DNA of 64,000 nt from sequence record PX880100.1. The stretch is one strand, 5' to 3'. The translations under genes were made by a program, and so were the position numbers. Source of the stretch: a phage. A model generated the notes under the pieces. That model searched no databases. It worked only from the letters and a program-made list of their open reading frames with translations, and had not been told where the DNA came from. This document shows positions 18,993 through 29,343 of the stretch, piece after piece; position 1 is the first letter of the stretch; each line of letters begins with the position of its first letter.

Positions 18993-21900
18993 TGGCACTT
19001 AAAACTAAAATTATTGTACAGCAGATCCTGAACATAGATGACACTACAACTACTGCTAGTAAGTATCCTAAATATACAGTAGTTTTAGGAAGTTCTATTA
19101 GCTCTATTACTGCTGGTGAATTAACTGCTGCTGTAGAAGCCACCGCTGCTTCTGCGGCAGCAGCAAAAGATTCTGAAATTGCTGCTAAAGATTCTGAGAA
19201 TAAAGCAAAAGATTCAGAAAACATGGCTGGTATCTATGCTACTTCCTCTGAAACATCTGCAACCCAATCAGCGGCATCTGCGGCCGAGGCTAAAAAACAA
19301 GCTAGTTTATCTCAGAAGAGTGCTGAAGCATCTGCTACATCGGCGGAAGAGTCTAAAGGATTTAGAGATTCTGCTGAATTAGCTGCTCAAAATGCTGAAA
19401 CTAGTCGTAGGCTTGCAGAACAAGCTAAAACAGCTGCGCAACAAGCTCAAACAGCTGCAGAAGCTGCTAAGACTGGTGCTGAAACAGCTAAAGATGGAGC
19501 TGATGCTGCTGCTACCACTGCTGGCGAACATGCTGCTGCTGCAAAGCAATCAGAACTAAACGCTAAGATTTCTGAAACTAATGCTGCTGGTTCTGCTACT
19601 GAAGCCGGTGATAAAGCTAATGATGCTACTACTGAGGCAGATCGTGCTAAAGCTGAGGCAGATCGTGCAACTCAGATTGTTGATAGTAAACTTGATAAAG
19701 TAGATATTTCTGGTTTTATCAAAGTTTATAAGACTAAAGCAGAAGCTGATGCTGATGTTGGAAGTCGTGTACTAGGGGAGAAGATCCTAGTATGGAATCA
19801 AACTGATTCAAAATATGGGTGGTATAAGGTCGCTGGTACTGCCGAGGCTCCTGTTCTAGAATTAGCAGAAATAGAGCAAAAGCTAGTTTCTATTAATAAC
19901 GTTCGTGCAGACGATGCAGGTAACGTACAGATCACGCTTCCCGGTGGTAACCCTTCTTTATGGCTGGGTGAAGTTACTTGGTTCCCCTATGATAAAGATT
20001 CAGGTGTTGGTTACCCTGGTGTTCTACCTGCTGATGGCCGTGAAGTTCTTCGTGTAGACTATCCAGATACTTGGGAGGCTATTGAGGCTGGCTTAATCCC
20101 CTCTGTTACGGAAGAACAATGGCAGGCTGGTGCAACACTCTACTTCTCCACTGGTGATGGTTCCACAACCTTTCGTTTACCAGATATGATGCAAGGACAG
20201 GCATTCCGTGCACCAACTAAAGGTGAAGAAGATGCTGGTGCTATCAAAGAACAAATCCCTTATATCACTACTGTGAATGGGATTGGTCCTGCTGACGATA
20301 CTGGAGCTATTAAGCTACCTTACGTGGCTATGGTTAACGGAGCTATTATACCAGATGAGAATGGTAACCTAACACTAGGTAACGTTGTTACTAAGAATGT
20401 TTGGAATGGTACTGATGGAGAAGTTCTACTTCGCGGTGCTTTTGGTTTAGGTGGTGCTGGTATTGCGTTAAATGAGCCAGATCTAGTATCCTTTTTTAAA
20501 GCTATGAGAGCTTTTGGTTCTGGGTATTATCGCAATGATACTGGATTTGATGGCTTGCCTGCATACGCTGCAGGTTTCTACTCCAGGGTAGCAGATACTA
20601 ACTCATTTATATGCCCAGCGTATGGTAGTGCTTCAGTATTTGTAGCTGCAATCAATGATGCTGGTTTAGATAGTGAAAACCCTATTGTTCATACTAATAT
20701 TCTTTATGGTACTGTTAATAAGCCAGATCTAAATGGTGATACTAATGGAGTTCTTAGTGTTGGTAAAGGAGGTACTGGAGCTACCACAGTTAATGCTGCT
20801 AAGAAAGCTTTAGAAGTTGGTGGAGTTTTCTGTAATGATAGCCCAGCTGATGCTGCTTTCAACTCTCTCCAGAGCCCTGCTGGTATTCATGAGTTTAGAC
20901 TAACTAATGATGGGTTATGGGGTGTATGGAAGAAGGAGGAAGAAACGGTAGCTGCGTTGCCTATAGGCTCTGGAGGTACAGGAGCTACTGATAAAGTTGC
21001 TGCACGTGACAACTTTGGATTGGGGTATCATAATACTCCTAGATTTACTGGGGTAGATCTATCTAACCCCGAAAGTATACCCAATAGTGGTATCCTTAAC
21101 CTAAACAGGCTAAAGGAATCTGATCAAAATGTTATTACTCAGGGTAGAATCTATCATGAGATGCAATCAGGCTTGGCTAAAATTACCCTTCATATTAACA
21201 ATACTTTAAATAGTGCAAACCGTTACATACAGTTTGTAGAAAATGGTGATTTAACTGGGCTACAGGATGTACATGCTGCTAACTACCTTGCAAGTGCTGG
21301 TGTTATATCCCAGGGGTGGATTAAAGGCGGAGAAAAAATCTTCATACAGCAAACAGGCGGGGGCAACAGGGAAATTAGTATGGTTGTACCTACTCCTAAT
21401 AATGACCCTGGTGCTGGTTCTTGGGTTAACTTACTACAGGGTAACTGGTATAACGGTTACTGGCAAGTAGGTGGTATCCGTGGTAGTGGACCGGACTTAG
21501 ACTGCTTACGTATTGGAGTTAACAACGCTGGTACAGATTGGAAAGAGTTTAACTTCTATAACTCTTCCGGTGGGCACATAACTGCTCAAAGAGGTTTTCG
21601 TGGTCAGTGTATCCAAGGATTTTGGGGCTTAGAGTGGAATTACATGGGTGCCCCGTTTCATGCAGAGTCTGTAATAAATAATGATGGTGGTTGGTCTCCA
21701 TTTGTTTCTGGTGGTACTGTATCTACAGGAGGCTACTCACTACGTGTTGGGCTTGGATGTATTTCTAATGGTAACGCTGCATGGCCTGATGCTGCTCTTA
21801 AGTTAAATGGGGATGGCCAGTTCCACCGTTCATTCACCTTTAGAACAAATGGTAGCATATATACTTGGGGTAATGATCCTTGGGGAGGTAATTATGACAT

Positions 21901-22342
21901 TGCTATGAACCCTTCTTCAGATAGAGATATCAAAAGAGATATTAATTATGATGATGGGTTAGCCTCCTATGAGAATATAAAGCAATTTAAACCTACCACA
22001 TTTATCTATAAACTAGATAAGTATAATCGTGTACGCCGTGGTGTTATTGCTCAAGATCTTTATAAAATTGACCCTGAGTACGTAAAACTGGTTCCTGGTT
22101 CTCCTATCATAGAAACTCCAGAACATCATTGCTGTGACGAAGAAACTGAAAACGTAGAAGGTAAGATCATTGATTACAATGATGATACTCTAGCCTTAGA
22201 TATCAACCCAATTGCTATTGATACAGCTTTAGCAGTTCGTTACTTATCTCTAAAGTTCGAAGAGTCCCAGGAAGAACTGAAATCCGTTAAGGCAGAGCTG
22301 GCAGAGTTAAAAGCTCTAGTGGCTACTCTGGTAAATAAGTAA
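18992..22342 (+). CDS. L-shaped tail fibre protein A with C-terminal intramolecular chaperone (autoproteolytic) domain (1116 aa)
   Basis: N-terminal Ala/Glu/Lys-rich coiled coil with AAKDSE repeats; C-terminal segment NPSSDRDIKRDINYDDGLASYENIKQFKPTTFIYKLDKYNRVRRGVIAQDLYKIDPEYVK matches the S-D-x-x-x-K self-cleaving chaperone domain of phage fibres/tailspikes. Confidence 0.85.
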   Translation: MALKTKIIVQQILNIDDTTTTASKYPKYTVVLGSSISSITAGELTAAVEATAASAAAAKDSEIAAKDSENKAKDSENMAGIYATSSETSATQSAASAAEAKKQASLSQKSAEASATSAEESKGFRDSAELAAQNAETSRRLAEQAKTAAQQAQTAAEAAKTGAETAKDGADAAATTAGEHAAAAKQSELNAKISETNAAGSATEAGDKANDATTEADRAKAEADRATQIVDSKLDKVDISGFIKVYKTKAEADADVGSRVLGEKILVWNQTDSKYGWYKVAGTAEAPVLELAEIEQKLVSINNVRADDAGNVQITLPGGNPSLWLGEVTWFPYDKDSGVGYPGVLPADGREVLRVDYPDTWEAIEAGLIPSVTEEQWQAGATLYFSTGDGSTTFRLPDMMQGQAFRAPTKGEEDAGAIKEQIPYITTVNGIGPADDTGAIKLPYVAMVNGAIIPDENGNLTLGNVVTKNVWNGTDGEVLLRGAFGLGGAGIALNEPDLVSFFKAMRAFGSGYYRNDTGFDGLPAYAAGFYSRVADTNSFICPAYGSASVFVAAINDAGLDSENPIVHTNILYGTVNKPDLNGDTNGVLSVGKGGTGATTVNAAKKALEVGGVFCNDSPADAAFNSLQSPAGIHEFRLTNDGLWGVWKKEEETVAALPIGSGGTGATDKVAARDNFGLGYHNTPRFTGVDLSNPESIPNSGILNLNRLKESDQNVITQGRIYHEMQSGLAKITLHINNTLNSANRYIQFVENGDLTGLQDVHAANYLASAGVISQGWIKGGEKIFIQQTGGGNREISMVVPTPNNDPGAGSWVNLLQGNWYNGYWQVGGIRGSGPDLDCLRIGVNNAGTDWKEFNFYNSSGGHITAQRGFRGQCIQGFWGLEWNYMGAPFHAESVINNDGGWSPFVSGGTVSTGGYSLRVGLGCISNGNAAWPDAALKLNGDGQFHRSFTFRTNGSIYTWGNDPWGGNYDIAMNPSSDRDIKRDINYDDGLASYENIKQFKPTTFIYKLDKYNRVRRGVIAQDLYKIDPEYVKLVPGSPIIETPEHHCCDEETENVEGKIIDYNDDTLALDINPIAIDTALAVRYLSLKFEESQEELKSVKAELAELKALVATLVNK

Positions 22343-22347
22343 GAGTA

Positions 22348-22372
22348 TAGGGGAGTAATTCTCCCCTATTTA
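22348..22372 (+). terminator. hairpin between the two tail-fibre genes (weak terminator or attenuator)
   Basis: 8-bp stem TAGGGGAG/CTCCCCTA with 5-nt loop followed by TTTACT; a short, interrupted T-run. Confidence 0.35.
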
Positions 22373-22385
22373 CTAAGGAAATACT

Positions 22386-24473
22386 ATGTCACGTAATTTA
22401 ATGCCTAAATCTGGCGCAATGGCGCCTTACGTAGTAGTTAACAGAGACGCTGCAGTTGCTGGTGTTTTCTCTGTCGATGGAGAGGCTGGTGCTGTTGTAC
22501 TAACTTCCAAATATCTACAAATTTCTAAATATACTACTGATAAAGCTGCTACTGATGCATCTATTAATAGTATTAATGAATCAATTGGTAATATTAATAC
22601 TGCATTAGGTGGTATTAATACTACTTTAGGTACTAAAGCTGCTAAAGGTGCTAATAACGATATTACAGAATTAAATGCACTGACTAAAGCTATTACACTT
22701 ACCCAGGGTGGTACTGGTGCCACTACGTTAGAGGGTGCTAGGAAAGCATTACAAGTTGAACGCCTACAACAGCGAGATAATGGAACTTTTGTTACCTCTA
22801 CAAATGGTAAGTATTCTTTATTTATATATGATAGTGGGGATTTTGGTCTAATTGACAGTTCTACGACAGCGGTACAAGCATTAAAAGTTGCATTTGGTGG
22901 TACTGGAGGAACTACTCCAAAAGTAGCAAGAAAAAATCTTAATGTTCCGGTTGGTGCCTTAGCTGAAAAAATAGCTGATGGAGAAAATGTTCTAAACCAT
23001 GTTGCAGTTGCAGGTCAAAGCGGGTATTATTCATCTGGTGAATTAGTAGTTAACGGGCCTCCTAAGCAAGAAGGTTGGTGGACATATAACTTCCACTGTC
23101 ATGGTGTGGATATTAACGGAGCTGCTCAATACGGGGTACTACATGCGGTTGGCTCATCTGGTAGTTCCTGGGTTAACGTTCTAGATGGTACTGGGAACTG
23201 GAGAGGATGGCAAGAGCAATTTAACGCCCAGTCTACCATACAGTTTTCGAATGGGGGTACTGGTGCAAATTCCAAAGATGGTGCCAGAACTAACCTAGAT
23301 ATTGACAGATTCAAACAAAGTGCTACTGAGACTATGATGTATGCTCCAGGGTCTGGATTCAGAATCACTGCTAGGCCTAATGGGGAATGGGGTAGCTGGA
23401 AAGAGGATACTGATACTTGGGTTCCTTTGGCTATTGCAGCTGGGGGTACGGGGGCTAATTCTGCCGACCAAGCTAGAAAAAATCTAGAATTAACAGAGTG
23501 GAACCTCTTGTCTTCTATGGATGGTAAATACCCAAATGGGTTTAATTTTGACACTCTTGCTGTAAATAGTAAGTTTACTGTTCCACCTACTGGAGGAAAT
23601 ATTGTTGGTACCCGACCACACCAACAAATAAACGGGTTGGAAGACGCTTGGTTTTTCCTAGAGACTCTAGTACACCCAGATCCTAACTATAGAATGCAAA
23701 GAGCCACCATGTTTACAGGAACTTGGAAAGGTTCAGTAAGCGTACGTATTATGGAGAATGGTACTTGGGGTGTATGGCAACAAGCTCATGGGGCTTTGGG
23801 GCAATTAGTTAACGCAATTTCTAATCGAGGGGCCATTAGAGTACAGGGGGCTGCAAGTGGGGAATCTGGATCACTAATAAGCGGTGCTATTAGTGGTGGT
23901 TCATTTACTGATTGGAGATCAAGACCTACAGGAATGCTAGTAGAACATACTGGATTGGATGCTGCATCTTCTGTATTTAAAAGCGTAATGTGGGGTGTAG
24001 ACTGGTTAGCCGGTATGGATGTAGTAGGCTGGAGTGCCGGCAGTGCACAGTTAAACATGTATTGCAGGGGGGCTGAGTTTCGTTTTGATAGCGCTGGTAA
24101 TGCTGTTGGTGGTAACTGGGTAAGCAGTTCTGATATTCGCATGAAAGCTAACCTCAAGGAGATTGAGAATGCCCGTGATAAGGTTAAGTCTCTAGTAGGC
24201 TATACATACTACAAGAGAAATACTCTAGCAGAAGAAAGAGATACCGTGTACAGTACTGAGGCTGGTGTTATCGCTCAAGATGTGCAATCTGTTCTCCCAG
24301 AAGCAGTGTACAAGATTGAGCCACAAAAAGAAGACAGTATGCTTGGTGTCTCCCATGCAGGTGTCAATGCTCTTCTAGTTAATGCTTTTAATGAACTTAA
24401 CGAAGTTGTTGAAAAGCAGCAACAAGAGATTGATGAGCTTAAGAAACTGGTAAAACAGTTACTTGATAAATAA
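22386..24473 (+). CDS. second tail fibre protein (LtfB-like, 695 aa) with C-terminal intramolecular chaperone domain
   Basis: C-terminal segment SSSDIRMKANLKEIENARDKVKSLVGYTYYKRNTLAEERDTVYSTEAGVIAQDVQSVLPEAVYKIEP is a second copy of the autoproteolytic chaperone module; repeated GGTGATT/GGTGAN motifs shared with fibre A. Confidence 0.8.
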   Translation: MSRNLMPKSGAMAPYVVVNRDAAVAGVFSVDGEAGAVVLTSKYLQISKYTTDKAATDASINSINESIGNINTALGGINTTLGTKAAKGANNDITELNALTKAITLTQGGTGATTLEGARKALQVERLQQRDNGTFVTSTNGKYSLFIYDSGDFGLIDSSTTAVQALKVAFGGTGGTTPKVARKNLNVPVGALAEKIADGENVLNHVAVAGQSGYYSSGELVVNGPPKQEGWWTYNFHCHGVDINGAAQYGVLHAVGSSGSSWVNVLDGTGNWRGWQEQFNAQSTIQFSNGGTGANSKDGARTNLDIDRFKQSATETMMYAPGSGFRITARPNGEWGSWKEDTDTWVPLAIAAGGTGANSADQARKNLELTEWNLLSSMDGKYPNGFNFDTLAVNSKFTVPPTGGNIVGTRPHQQINGLEDAWFFLETLVHPDPNYRMQRATMFTGTWKGSVSVRIMENGTWGVWQQAHGALGQLVNAISNRGAIRVQGAASGESGSLISGAISGGSFTDWRSRPTGMLVEHTGLDAASSVFKSVMWGVDWLAGMDVVGWSAGSAQLNMYCRGAEFRFDSAGNAVGGNWVSSSDIRMKANLKEIENARDKVKSLVGYTYYKRNTLAEERDTVYSTEAGVIAQDVQSVLPEAVYKIEPQKEDSMLGVSHAGVNALLVNAFNELNEVVEKQQQEIDELKKLVKQLLDK

Positions 24474-24477
24474 AAGA

Positions 24478-24510
24478 AAACCCCAGTGGATTGCCCACTG
24501 GGGTTTATTA
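24478..24510. terminator. bidirectional rho-independent terminator at the late/early module boundary
   Basis: 12-bp stem AAACCCCAGTGG/CCACTGGGGTTT flanked by A-run upstream and T-run downstream, placed between convergent genes ending at 24473 (+) and 24511 (-). Confidence 0.75.
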
Positions 24511-24780
24511 TTATCTGTTTCCAGCAATAATACCTAAGTTAAATACTGCTAACATAGCTCTAAGCGTAGGATCTTGAGACTTGCTACATAGCTCAACAAA
24601 AGCTTCTTCATTCCAATGGATTACATTGCCTTCATTATCTACTTTCAGAACTATATTATTTAGGTTAGGTTCAGCAACCGCAACGTGATAGTTCTTTGAG
24701 TGCTCAAAGTTAGCTACCATCTTAGGGTCTGAATATTCGTACTTATTTATTTCCTGAACTTCCAAATCCGCCTTCTCCAC
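24511..24780 (-). CDS. hypothetical protein (89 aa)
   Basis: Minus-strand ORF downstream of dUTPase; track start is a GTG codon and overlaps the dUTPase 3' end, so the start is uncertain. Confidence 0.3.
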   Translation of the reverse strand: MEKADLEVQEINKYEYSDPKMVANFEHSKNYHVAVAEPNLNNIVLKVDNEGNVIHWNEEAFVELCSKSQDPTLRAMLAVFNLGIIAGNR

Positions 24781-25189
24781 GATTAGTCTCTCCTAGTTCG
24801 TCAACGATTTCAAAATTATGAGTTGAGTAGTGTGGTACTACTACTAGCTGACAAAGTCTTTCAAAATTCTCCAGAGTTTGAATTTCAGAACCGTAGTTGA
24901 ACAGGTTCATCTTAATAGTCCCACGATAGTCTGAGTCGATCACCCCTGCGGTATTTGCAATCATCAGATGGCGTTTACCTAAAGAACTACGTGGAACTAC
25001 CAAACCGAACCAGCCTCGCGGAATTTCCACCGCGACACCTGTGTCAATCATTAAGGATTTGCCTGGTGCAATAGCACGTAAATCTGCAGCAGGGTTAGTA
25101 CCAAAGAATGCTCGCAGATCCATACCTGCGGCATCTTCGGAACCGATCTTAGGCATACAATCTGGATGAGTTAATTTAATTTTAATCAT
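24743..25189 (-). CDS. dut: dUTP diphosphatase (148 aa)
   Basis: dUTPase motifs: AGMDLRA, VPRSSLGKRHLMIANTAGVIDSDYRGTIK, C-terminal RGEGGFGSSG. Confidence 0.8.
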   Translation of the reverse strand: MIKIKLTHPDCMPKIGSEDAAGMDLRAFFGTNPAADLRAIAPGKSLMIDTGVAVEIPRGWFGLVVPRSSLGKRHLMIANTAGVIDSDYRGTIKMNLFNYGSEIQTLENFERLCQLVVVPHYSTHNFEIVDELGETNRGEGGFGSSGNK

Positions 25190-26061
25190 TGTTCTGCAAT
25201 CTCCAAAATATCTTTTGTAAACTTATCTAATACGTCTTGACCTACAGCAGCAATAGCATCCACACAGTAGGTAGGTAAATCAACCAGAATTAGGTTTCGA
25301 TAAAGCAATTCTTCCGAAGCATTTAAATTCTGTATATATTTCTGTTTTCCAGGCAGTGGAAGCTGATCAATAATATCTAGAACGTTACCAAATTCACGAA
25401 TAATATTATATCCGCGTTTTGCCCCAATACCTTCAACACCACGGATATTATCCCCTAAATCACCCATAATTGCTTTCAGAGAGATAAACTGCTCTACATC
25501 GTCAACATTATGATGCTCGTACATATCACGAAGATGATATTCACGACGTGTTGTGAAAGAGAAGCGTGAAACTTTATCAGTTAATAAGGTATCCCAGTCA
25601 CCGTCAGTAGAAATCAACCAAACGTGATCATATAGATGCCCAATGAGCTTAACAATATAAGCTGCCATATCATCTGCTTCTACGCCACGAATAGTGAAAG
25701 TTGGGAATGTAGTTTCACATAATTCGAAAGCATCTTTCAAATACTCGAAGAACTGCTCATCTAACGCTTTCTCCTCTTCCGTACGCTGCGAGTATTTCTC
25801 ATCTCGGTTCCCTTTATACTCGGGGAGATGTTCTAAGCGGAATGCAGACTTCCCTTTATCTCCTAAAACTATTGTAGTTCTAGCAGAATAAGATTTTGCT
25901 AGAGACTGAATAGTGGAAACATAACTTGAGGCAAATGGTTTTTTACTATTGTTGTGTTTGAAGCGAAAGCCTAAGTTAGTTCCATCGACAATCATTAGGT
26001 TACGACGGGAAGCCATTTCAGCTTCCTCTTCTTCAATAAATTTTCCCCAGGATTTACTCAT
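25186..26061 (-). CDS. 5'-3' exonuclease / flap endonuclease (T5 D15-like, 291 aa)
   Basis: Same length as the T5 flap endonuclease; N-terminus MSKSWGKFIEEEEAEMASRRNLMIVDGTNLGFRF with acidic catalytic clusters typical of the FEN family. Confidence 0.85.
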   Translation of the reverse strand: MSKSWGKFIEEEEAEMASRRNLMIVDGTNLGFRFKHNNSKKPFASSYVSTIQSLAKSYSARTTIVLGDKGKSAFRLEHLPEYKGNRDEKYSQRTEEEKALDEQFFEYLKDAFELCETTFPTFTIRGVEADDMAAYIVKLIGHLYDHVWLISTDGDWDTLLTDKVSRFSFTTRREYHLRDMYEHHNVDDVEQFISLKAIMGDLGDNIRGVEGIGAKRGYNIIREFGNVLDIIDQLPLPGKQKYIQNLNASEELLYRNLILVDLPTYCVDAIAAVGQDVLDKFTKDILEIAEQ

Positions 26062-26543
26062 TATTTAATTAAGTCCTCAACAGATGCATGATGTAGCCAC
26101 GGCTCAAATAAACCAATTACGATTTCCATATCTTTCTTATTTAACACCATATGGGTACGACTCATTAAGTTGTCAACCATCGGGTCTGAGCTATCCAAAG
26201 CTATTAACCACTGTCCTCTGTCTTTTTTGAATATTAATGCAGGCTTGGAGTTCATCTGCTCACCTTCACGTGAGCACTGCTGCCACCACTTCTCTAGAGT
26301 GGATTCACCAACATTAAATAAATTACTTGATATATTATCATCTTTATACCACTTAACCTCGAAGCAGTATTTACTAATGTGTCCGCTTTGTGGTGGAAGG
26401 TAGATGTCACCCTTCAGTCCATGGCTCTGACCAAAAGCACCAGAGCCAGGAACACGTTCCCACTCAAGACCTGTACGTTCACGTAAAATATCTCTTACTT
26501 GATACTCACCACGTTTACCTTTCTCTCTACTATCTACGGCCAT
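26061..26543 (-). CDS. putative PD-(D/E)XK-type nuclease (160 aa, T5 D14 position)
   Basis: Candidate D...E-x-K arrangement (GDIYLP ... CFEVKW) after a basic N-terminus; positioned between the flap endonuclease and SbcCD-like genes. Weak motif evidence. Confidence 0.35.
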   Translation of the reverse strand: MAVDSREKGKRGEYQVRDILRERTGLEWERVPGSGAFGQSHGLKGDIYLPPQSGHISKYCFEVKWYKDDNISSNLFNVGESTLEKWWQQCSREGEQMNSKPALIFKKDRGQWLIALDSSDPMVDNLMSRTHMVLNKKDMEIVIGLFEPWLHHASVEDLIK

Positions 26544-26546
26544 GTT

Positions 26547-28385
26547 TTATTCTAAGTAGGAAAATCCTTCTGCATCTTTTTTGACAGTAATCTTATGGGC
26601 TAATGGATGCGTATGCCCATGAGAAACAATGATAGAGTTTAGACTTTCTTCCTCATTTAATAGTTCAACAAGGGTGTCAAGTCCTTTAGTATCAATAAAG
26701 CTAATTACTTCATCAAGGAATAGAAGATTAATATTAACTTTACTAATAGATGTTAGTAGCATTCGAATAGCTAACAGGGTTGCTAGGTTGATTCGACTTT
26801 GCTGACCAGTAGAGCAGTTCTCCATACTGGTACGGTTTCCATCATTGAAGATTACTACCTGTAATTTCGTTTCATCAAGCTCAAATCCAAGTGCGAACTT
26901 ACCACCAGTCATAATAGAAAGGTATTTATTAATTAGCTCTTCAAATACTTTCACACTATGCTCTAGTTTATATCCTACTAGATTCTTTAATGCAGCAATC
27001 AGAATATCGAGATCAGCAACAGCTTCGGATACTCCATCCAGTTTGGAAGTAATCTCGGACATTTCTGCTTCAGCTTTCTCAATCTGCTCTAGTTTCGCTT
27101 TATATTTTGCATTGGCTAACTCAACATTTGCATTATGTTCTTTAGCAATTGCAACCTTAGAACGTCCATCAGCGATTTCCTGTTCTAATTGTCGGATTTG
27201 CACCTGTAGGATTTGCACATTGAGTTCTTCAAAAGAAGCATCACTCATTGAATTTTTGAACTCGTCTCTAGCTACCACTGCTTTATCCAAAGCATCCTTT
27301 GCTCTAGTATACGCAACATACTCAAGTTGTTCTTTCTTCAACTGTTCTAGCTTAGCTTCAAGAGATTGCTTCTCTTTGAACAGAGGATCATATTCTGTTC
27401 TAGCCATATCCATTGCTTTTTGAGCAGCAGTTGTATCTAGATGAGTACCACAGGTAGGGCATTCAGTATTTGAAGCCTCTTGCTTGAACTTCTGATAACG
27501 TTTCTTAACTTCGCCCGCACGTGAGGTCACAATCGTTAGGTCACGCGTAACACTCGAGATCTCTTCATTTTGGTCAGTGGGCGCGGGTAAATTTTTGAAA
27601 GGCTCGAAAGATTGTTCGGCAACTTGTACAGCTTTGTCCAAATTACGCAACTTAGTAATATTAGCCTCTTGAGACTTGGCTAATGCCGCCTTAATTTTCG
27701 ATTCAGTAAGTTCTTGAGCTAATGGTTCTTCATCAAATTCTGGTACTTCTACAGGTTCCTGCAAAGTCCCCAGATTATTCTTTCCATTAAGGATTTTCGT
27801 AATTACAGCCATTTGGCCCTGCAAATTATTTAAGGTATTTGCTATTTCTTTACGGTCAGCCTTAATAGTTTCCGACATTTCTTTATACTGTTCTTGATTG
27901 AACAAGTTAACAAGAAAAGCCTTACGTGTCGCATCTGTTGCTTTTAGAAAGTCTAGATTTGAACCCACTGATTGATAGATTAGTTTAGTGAATGTTTGGA
28001 AGTCACCGCCCATAATCTCTTCAATCATCTTGTATGTTTGGGTTGCCGTATGCCCACTAATATCTTCTCCATTCTTAATAAGAGTTACTTTAGCAGTTGA
28101 TTTAACTACTTTATGCAGTTCGTACTCATCTTCATCTTTCGAGAAGTAAGCGTGCATATCGTATTCTTTTTTCGGAGAAGACCAGGAGAACAGAGCATCC
28201 TTCTTAATACCGCGTGAGTTCTTATTATAAAACAATTCCTCGATAACCGTGGCGATGGTGGATTTCCCTAGTCCATTGCCACCAATTAATTGAGTAACTG
28301 GGTTCTTATCGAAATGAATTACGATGTCCTTACCGTAAGACATAACGTTACTAAATTTTAGTGTCTTAATTGTAATCTTTGACAT
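26547..28385 (-). CDS. SbcC/Rad50-like recombination ATPase (T5 D13-like)
   Basis: Walker A GGNGLGKST near the N-terminus, long coiled-coil middle with a CPTCG zinc hook, C-terminal signature and Walker B (LLFLDEVISFID). Start moved to ATG 28385 (MSKITIKTLKF). Confidence 0.8.
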   Translation of the reverse strand: MSKITIKTLKFSNVMSYGKDIVIHFDKNPVTQLIGGNGLGKSTIATVIEELFYNKNSRGIKKDALFSWSSPKKEYDMHAYFSKDEDEYELHKVVKSTAKVTLIKNGEDISGHTATQTYKMIEEIMGGDFQTFTKLIYQSVGSNLDFLKATDATRKAFLVNLFNQEQYKEMSETIKADRKEIANTLNNLQGQMAVITKILNGKNNLGTLQEPVEVPEFDEEPLAQELTESKIKAALAKSQEANITKLRNLDKAVQVAEQSFEPFKNLPAPTDQNEEISSVTRDLTIVTSRAGEVKKRYQKFKQEASNTECPTCGTHLDTTAAQKAMDMARTEYDPLFKEKQSLEAKLEQLKKEQLEYVAYTRAKDALDKAVVARDEFKNSMSDASFEELNVQILQVQIRQLEQEIADGRSKVAIAKEHNANVELANAKYKAKLEQIEKAEAEMSEITSKLDGVSEAVADLDILIAALKNLVGYKLEHSVKVFEELINKYLSIMTGGKFALGFELDETKLQVVIFNDGNRTSMENCSTGQQSRINLATLLAIRMLLTSISKVNINLLFLDEVISFIDTKGLDTLVELLNEEESLNSIIVSHGHTHPLAHKITVKKDAEGFSYLE

Positions 28386-29343
28386 ATTTCGCAGCTCTAG
28401 CCAAGATTCTATCAATGTCGCCTTGAGATAGCTTCTCGACTTCACGGAAGTAAAGTTCAAGTTCGCCCAGCATATCAAGATCAACAAGATTTAACTTAGC
28501 ATCTTTAGTAACTCGATGGTTAATCTTCTTATCTAATAAATCAGAGTCTTTGATAGACTTTAGTTGAACAACGTCACCAGTAACTTCATAGACTACACGA
28601 TCATAATCACTAGGTTCCATCTCTTCACCAGCTCCGATTGTTTTACGAATCAGTTGTGGTAAATCCCCTAGTTCAATCCATTCTACTTTTAATGTGTCGG
28701 TATCAATGATAAAGCAACCATTTGTACCTTTTGTGCGTTCTCTATGGAACGATGTAGTTAATGGAGAGCCTGGATAGAGGAGTCTAGTAGATCCGATAGT
28801 CTGGCTATTAGTATAAGAATGTAAATCGCCAGCAATTACAGTATTATAACAGTTGTACTTAGTTAGATCAATTTCTGGTTTTACATGTGGAGGGATTTCA
28901 CCACGAACATGCGTGAAACATAGTTTTGATTCAGATGGTTTCCACTTAGACTTATGGATCTCATCATACGGAACAATATCAAATTCAGGGGAACGATATG
29001 GTTTGGTAATTACTTCCCACTTCCCACTAGTTACTTTATTAATAACTCCTGCATAGTGATATAGACATGAAATGGTTTTAGTTAGCATTTCATGATTTCC
29101 AGTAAAGATTTTGCCTGGATGGTCAAGTCTTGACATGAACTGTTCAAGAAGTTCTATTTCTTCTGACGACGGGTCGGCAACATCAAGTATATCACCACCA
29201 GCAATATGAAGATCACAGTTATGATTATGGAATATATCATTTAACCGTTCTCCTAGCATCAGGAAGCGACGCTTCTGCCATTCTTTGGGTATCTTATCTT
29301 GGCCCAGCTTAATATGATGATCAGCACTAAATAGTATTTTCAC
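28366..29343 (-). CDS. SbcD/Mre11-like nuclease (T5 D12-like, 325 aa)
   Basis: Calcineurin-like phosphoesterase motifs (SADHH, GDILD, GNHE, GDLH); upstream of and overlapping the SbcC-like gene. Track start is GTG. Confidence 0.8.
   Translation of the reverse strand: MKILFSADHHIKLGQDKIPKEWQKRRFLMLGERLNDIFHNHNCDLHIAGGDILDVADPSSEEIELLEQFMSRLDHPGKIFTGNHEMLTKTISCLYHYAGVINKVTSGKWEVITKPYRSPEFDIVPYDEIHKSKWKPSESKLCFTHVRGEIPPHVKPEIDLTKYNCYNTVIAGDLHSYTNSQTIGSTRLLYPGSPLTTSFHRERTKGTNGCFIIDTDTLKVEWIELGDLPQLIRKTIGAGEEMEPSDYDRVVYEVTGDVVQLKSIKDSDLLDKKINHRVTKDAKLNLVDLDMLGELELYFREVEKLSQGDIDRILARAAKYVKDYN

Noticed and set aside
26845-27423. 192 aa plus-strand ORF antisense to the SbcC-like gene
   Set aside because: Lies entirely inside a well-supported minus-strand gene, is Ser-rich low-complexity sequence typical of an antisense frame, and has no promoter or RBS.
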